A stretch of 64,000 bases of DNA, taken from NCBI GenBank assembly GCA_963715985.1, contig CAVQSP010000010.1, forward strand, positions 128,001 through 192,000. The letters run 5' to 3'. This document shows positions 60,162-64,000 of this stretch, one piece after another. This stretch comes from an uncultured Thermoleophilia bacterium (GTDB lineage Bacteria; Actinomycetota; Thermoleophilia; UBA2241). Below the pieces are notes generated by a model. It searched no databases. It saw only the letters and a list, made by a program, of their open reading frames with translations, and was not told the origin of the DNA. Numbering within the stretch: the stretch's first letter is position 1; each line of letters starts with the position of its first letter. Made by a program: the position numbers and the translations under genes.

Positions 60162-60761
60162 ATGGGAGGCGACACGCAGCTGCTGAGCGCACGCGCCGTG
60201 CGCCGGCTGGACGTCGGCACCGTCATCTGGGTGGTCGTGTGGGTGGCGCTCGGCGTGCTCATGTGGCAGGACATCGACGGTCAGACGCAGCTCGCCGGCG
60301 ACGTCGTCAAGGTCGGCGAGGCCGTGCAGAACACCGGGCAGGCGCTGGGAGTGGTCGGGGGGCTGCCGCTCGTGGGGGGCAGCATCGGTGAGTTCGCCGG
60401 CAAGATCGAGGCGCTCGGCAAGGAGGTCACGGTCAGCGGGCAGACGAGCCAGGACGGCATCCACCGGGTGGCGCTGATCGCCGGGCTGGCCGTCGGCATC
60501 CTGCCCGCCGCTCTCGCCCTGTTCCTGTACCTGCCCGTGCGCATGCGCTGGCGCCGCCACGTCAAGGCCGTGGCCGACGCGCTGCCGCAGGCGGCCGGCG
60601 ACCCCGCCTTCGAGCACTACCTGGCGCGGCGCGCCGTGGACGCGCTCACCTGGGACGAGCTGCGCGCGGTGAGCGGCGACCCGTGGAAGGCGATGGCGAA
60701 CGGCGACTACCGGGCGCTCGCCGACGCCGAGCTCGCGCGCCTCGGACTGAGCCGGCCGTAG
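60162..60761 (+). CDS. Membrane protein with two TM segments
   Basis: AAGGAGG RBS; LPLVGG, two hydrophobic helices, LA.RA...LA.AEL.RLGL. Confidence 0.65.
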   Translation: MGGDTQLLSARAVRRLDVGTVIWVVVWVALGVLMWQDIDGQTQLAGDVVKVGEAVQNTGQALGVVGGLPLVGGSIGEFAGKIEALGKEVTVSGQTSQDGIHRVALIAGLAVGILPAALALFLYLPVRMRWRRHVKAVADALPQAAGDPAFEHYLARRAVDALTWDELRAVSGDPWKAMANGDYRALADAELARLGLSRP

Positions 60762-60819
60762 CCGGGGGTCCGGGGCGCTCGCCACGCCTCGCGGCTCTGT
60801 CACCGCACCCGCTGGCGCG

Positions 60820-62742
60820 GTGGTAGAGTGCCGCTGTGGCTCGCCCCGCAGGCGGGGCGCCTCTTCTACCTTGGAGGTCCGGTGCGCAAGTTCACCCGCG
60901 TGGCTGCTCATCGCCGCCGCCGTGCTGCTCGCGGCCGCCGGAGTGGCCGGCCTCGGGGCCGGCCCCGCGGCGGCCAAGGACTACTCCATCGACGACGTCA
61001 CCATCGACGCCAAGGTACTGCGCAACGGCGACGTGCGCGTACACGAGCAGCGCACACTGACGTTCTCCGGCACCTTCCACTACGTCTACTGGGACTACGA
61101 CACCAAGGGGTCGGAGGGCATCCGTGTCAGGGGCGCGGGCGGGCCCTCGGGACCGTACGCGGAGGGTCCCTCCTCCTTGGTCGGCTCGTCGATGATCGTG
61201 CCTGACACCTACGCGGTGCAGGAGGGGCTCGACACGGTGCGCGTGCAGCTGGACTTCGAGCTCACCGACACCGATGCCACCTTCTACGTGGACTACACAG
61301 CGTTCGGCGCCGCCAAGCGCTGGAAGGACACCGCCGAGCTGTACTGGCAGTTCATCGGCGCGGGCTCGGCCAAGCCCGCCGACCGCGCCACCATCACCGT
61401 GCACCTGCCCTCCGGCGTGACCACGAGCGAGGTACGCACGTGGACGCACGGACCGCTGTGGGGCACGGTGACCATCCAGCCCGACGGGAGCGTGGTCAGC
61501 GAGGTCTCGCCGCTCCCCGCCGAGACGTTCGTCGAGTCGCGCATCCTCTTCCCGGCGGACGCTCTGAGCGATGCGGCGCCCTCCGCGGCGCCCAGGCTGC
61601 AGGCCGTGCTCGACGAGGAGAAGGGGCTCGCCGACGCAGCGAACAGGTCGCGCCTGTGGGCGCGCGTCAAGGTCTTCCTGTGGAGCGTCCCCGGCGCCGG
61701 CCTGCCGCTCCTCGCGCTCATCCTCGTGCTGGTGCTGTACTTCAAGTACGGCCGCGAGCCCAAGACCCGGTTCAAGGCCGAGTACCTGCGCGACATCCCC
61801 GAGCCGTCGCTGCCGCCGGCCCTCGTCGGCTTCATCTGGCGCATGGGCAACGTGGCGCGCGAGGACGCCACCGCCACGCTGCTCGACCTGGTCAATCGCG
61901 GCGTGATCGCCATCGAGCGCGTACAGGTCGCCGAGGACGGTCTCTTCGGGGCCAAAGACCAGACCACGTACCGCCTCACGCTGCAGGAGGACCAGCTCGG
62001 CGGCCTGGCGGACTTCGAGCGCGACCTCGTCGACCTCGTCTTCGACACGATGGTGAGGTCGACGAGCTTCCTGCTCAGCGAGCTCAAGGACGAAGTCAAG
62101 AAGCGTCGCACGACGGTGGCCAGCGGGTACAAGTCGTGGACCGACAAGGTGCAGAAGGAGGGCGAGCGCCGCGGGTACCTGGACACCAGGGCCGACCGCA
62201 TGGCGTTCGCCGGGGCGGCCGTCTCCTTCATCGCCATCGTGGGTGCCGGCGCCGCCGCCGTGTTCAGCCAGTTCTGGTGGTTCCTCATCGGGGTCGTGGT
62301 GGGCATCTTGCTCGTCTCCCTCTCGCGCGCCATCAAGCGGCGCTCCCAGGAGGCTGCCGAACTGCACGCGCAGTACGAGGCGCTCAAGCGCTACATGAAG
62401 GACTTCGGGCGCATGGACGAGAAGCCGCCGGACGCCGTGGTCCTGTGGGAGCAGTTCCTCGTGTACGCCGTCGTGTTCGACATGGCCGACGAGGTGGTCA
62501 AGGCGATGCAGGTCAGGATCCCCGAGGTGGTCGAGGACCCGGCCTTCGGGCGCATGTACTGGCTCATGTTCCCCATGTACGGCCCGGGCGGCGGAGGGTC
62601 GCCCTTCTCGGAGATGAGCCAGAGCTTCACCCAGGCCGTGGCCGTGGCCACGTCGTCGTCCTCGTCGGGATCCGGCGGCGGAGGCGGCTTCTCCGGCGGC
62701 GGCGGAGGCGGCGGAGGCGGCGGAGGGTTCGGCGCCGGCTGA
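60820..62742 (+). CDS. DUF2207 (YciQ-like) membrane protein; true start probably GTG 60882 with an early frameshift
   Basis: AELYWQFIG, ATLLDLVNRG, LWEQFLVYAVVF, SSGSGGGGGFSGGGGGGGGGG tail. Confidence 0.85.
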   Translation: MVECRCGSPRRRGASSTLEVRCASSPAWLLIAAAVLLAAAGVAGLGAGPAAAKDYSIDDVTIDAKVLRNGDVRVHEQRTLTFSGTFHYVYWDYDTKGSEGIRVRGAGGPSGPYAEGPSSLVGSSMIVPDTYAVQEGLDTVRVQLDFELTDTDATFYVDYTAFGAAKRWKDTAELYWQFIGAGSAKPADRATITVHLPSGVTTSEVRTWTHGPLWGTVTIQPDGSVVSEVSPLPAETFVESRILFPADALSDAAPSAAPRLQAVLDEEKGLADAANRSRLWARVKVFLWSVPGAGLPLLALILVLVLYFKYGREPKTRFKAEYLRDIPEPSLPPALVGFIWRMGNVAREDATATLLDLVNRGVIAIERVQVAEDGLFGAKDQTTYRLTLQEDQLGGLADFERDLVDLVFDTMVRSTSFLLSELKDEVKKRRTTVASGYKSWTDKVQKEGERRGYLDTRADRMAFAGAAVSFIAIVGAGAAAVFSQFWWFLIGVVVGILLVSLSRAIKRRSQEAAELHAQYEALKRYMKDFGRMDEKPPDAVVLWEQFLVYAVVFDMADEVVKAMQVRIPEVVEDPAFGRMYWLMFPMYGPGGGGSPFSEMSQSFTQAVAVATSSSSSGSGGGGGFSGGGGGGGGGGGFGAG

Positions 62743-62897
62743 GCCCTGCGGGCCCGGCGCCATGAAGAGCTGGGCCGAAGCGGTTTACACTGTCGCGGAA
62801 TGGTTTACCCTGCCGCCGGAGCGGGCATGCTCCGGTCAAACGTGACCGCTACCCCAGGGCTCCGGAAGGCCGAAGGGGTGTGTCGAGGAGGGTTCCC

Positions 62898-63326
62898 ATG
62901 GCACGACCCGACCCCACAGTGTTCGGCGAGAAGGTCCGCCTCGTCTCCACCGCAGTCGCGGCGGCACGCGGCGCCGATCGCCGCCACTTCGATTTCACCG
63001 GGGAGGTGGCCCCGGGCGTGCGCCTCGTGCTGAGCGAAGCCGGCGACATCCCGCTCGCCCTCTCCCTGTGGACCCGGCAGGAGGACATCGCAGCGCTCTG
63101 CGGCGATGGGTCCGTGCCGGCCGCCGCGGCGCTGCTCGCCATCGACGGCGTCCAGGCGCGCGCTGCCACGGACGCCGGCTTCACCGTCGACCTGGCGCAG
63201 TTCAAGCGCAGCCAGCCGCAACCGGACGTCTACTACGCGCTGCTGGACCGCTCCAGCGAACGTCACGTCCACGCAGTCCTGCACGGGCTGGTGCCCGCGC
63301 TCAACGCACACCCGGTCGCCGCCTGA
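62898..63326 (+). CDS. Hypothetical protein
   Basis: GAGGAGG RBS, GC-biased third codon positions; no recognised motif. Confidence 0.6.
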   Translation: MARPDPTVFGEKVRLVSTAVAAARGADRRHFDFTGEVAPGVRLVLSEAGDIPLALSLWTRQEDIAALCGDGSVPAAAALLAIDGVQARAATDAGFTVDLAQFKRSQPQPDVYYALLDRSSERHVHAVLHGLVPALNAHPVAA

Positions 63327-63593
63327 GTGACCCGCTCACCGGTGGCACAACGGGACGAGATGCCTTCCGGCAGCCCGGCGGCCGCGCCCTGCGAAGTGGG
63401 AGCGCGGCCGCGGCGTGGCCGGAGGGCGTCAGGCCGTTCGTCCCGCACGTTCTCACTCCCGGCCCGGCACCAACGGTACTCACCGTTGACACTGGTAGCA
63501 TGAACGTTCCCGACTGATCCACTGATCCGTACCCGAGAGGGCGGCGCGGCCATTGGGGCCACGCGCCGCACACCAAAGGAGGAGCACACCAAG

Positions 63594-64000
63594 ATGGCAG
63601 AGCCGTACAAGAACACGCCGCCGGCACCCGAGGACAAGGGCGCCATGACCGCCCAGAACATCGCCGCCGCGCTGGCCGGCGAGAGCCAGGCCTCGCAGAA
63701 GTACCTGGCCTTCGCCGACGTCGCCGACGCCGAGGGCTACCCCAACGTGGCGCGCCTCTTCCGCGCCGTGGCCTACGCCGAGAGCACGCACGCCCGCAAC
63801 CACCTCAGCGTGCTCGGCGGCATCGGCACCACGACCGAGAACCTCAAGGCCGCGTGGGGCGGCGAGACCTTCGAGATCGACGAGATGTACCCAGCCTACG
63901 ACGCCGTCGCCAAGCTGCAGGGCAACAAGAGCGCGCAGACCAGCATCCGCTACGCCCTCACGGCCGAGAAGGACCACCAGGGCATCTACGACAGCACGCT
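63594..64000 (+). CDS. rbr: Rubrerythrin, truncated by the window end
   Basis: AAALAGESQASQKYLAFA..A..EG...VARLFRAVAYAE..HA, GETFE..EMYP; AGGAGG RBS. Confidence 0.9.
   Translation, partial: MAEPYKNTPPAPEDKGAMTAQNIAAALAGESQASQKYLAFADVADAEGYPNVARLFRAVAYAESTHARNHLSVLGGIGTTTENLKAAWGGETFEIDEMYPAYDAVAKLQGNKSAQTSIRYALTAEKDHQGIYDST

Noticed and set aside
62670-62740. GGC/GGA microsatellite
   Set aside because: It encodes the normal poly-Gly tail of DUF2207 proteins.
62780-62897. SRP RNA or riboswitch (CAGGGCTCCGGAAGG)
   Set aside because: It lacks the SRP AGCAG strand and the long helix, and no recognisable riboswitch consensus is present.

Overview
This is a high-GC (about 70%, estimated by eye) window. 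Its promoter style (many leaderless TANNNT-N6-8-ATG starts, a 6C-like RNA, a Rex-like box) and gene content suggest an anaerobic actinobacterium; a Thermoleophilia-like MAG is an inference. Two intact redox loci flank a long accessory tract. (i) 1-6549 (-): an ArsR-led cluster tusA - variant mvhD - HdrA/GltD fusion (HdrL-like) - second HdrA - small wHTH - dsrE2, translationally coupled from mvhD onward, possibly an NADH-linked persulfide-reducing Hdr-like system. (ii) 52024-56286 (-): a 1420-aa selenocysteine formate dehydrogenase fused to a GltD/NfnB-like module. The ORF track splits it at an in-frame TGA that is followed by a SECIS. The middle holds MFS/ABC transporters, TetR/MarR/ArsR regulators with visible operators, toxin-antitoxin remnants, xpaC-telA, msrB, tag, an amidase, a decayed catalase, a doubly truncated polyamine-uptake fragment, two small zinc-ribbon ORFs (one absent from the ORF track), and many small-indel frameshifts that are probably partly long-read error. 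The most striking non-coding signal is a candidate ~190-nt sRNA at 34595-34787. It has C-rich-loop hairpins plus a loop identical to the 16S rRNA anti-Shine-Dalgarno 3' end. No rRNA, tRNA, CRISPR array or transposase was recognised. All family calls come from motif recognition by eye, not database searches.
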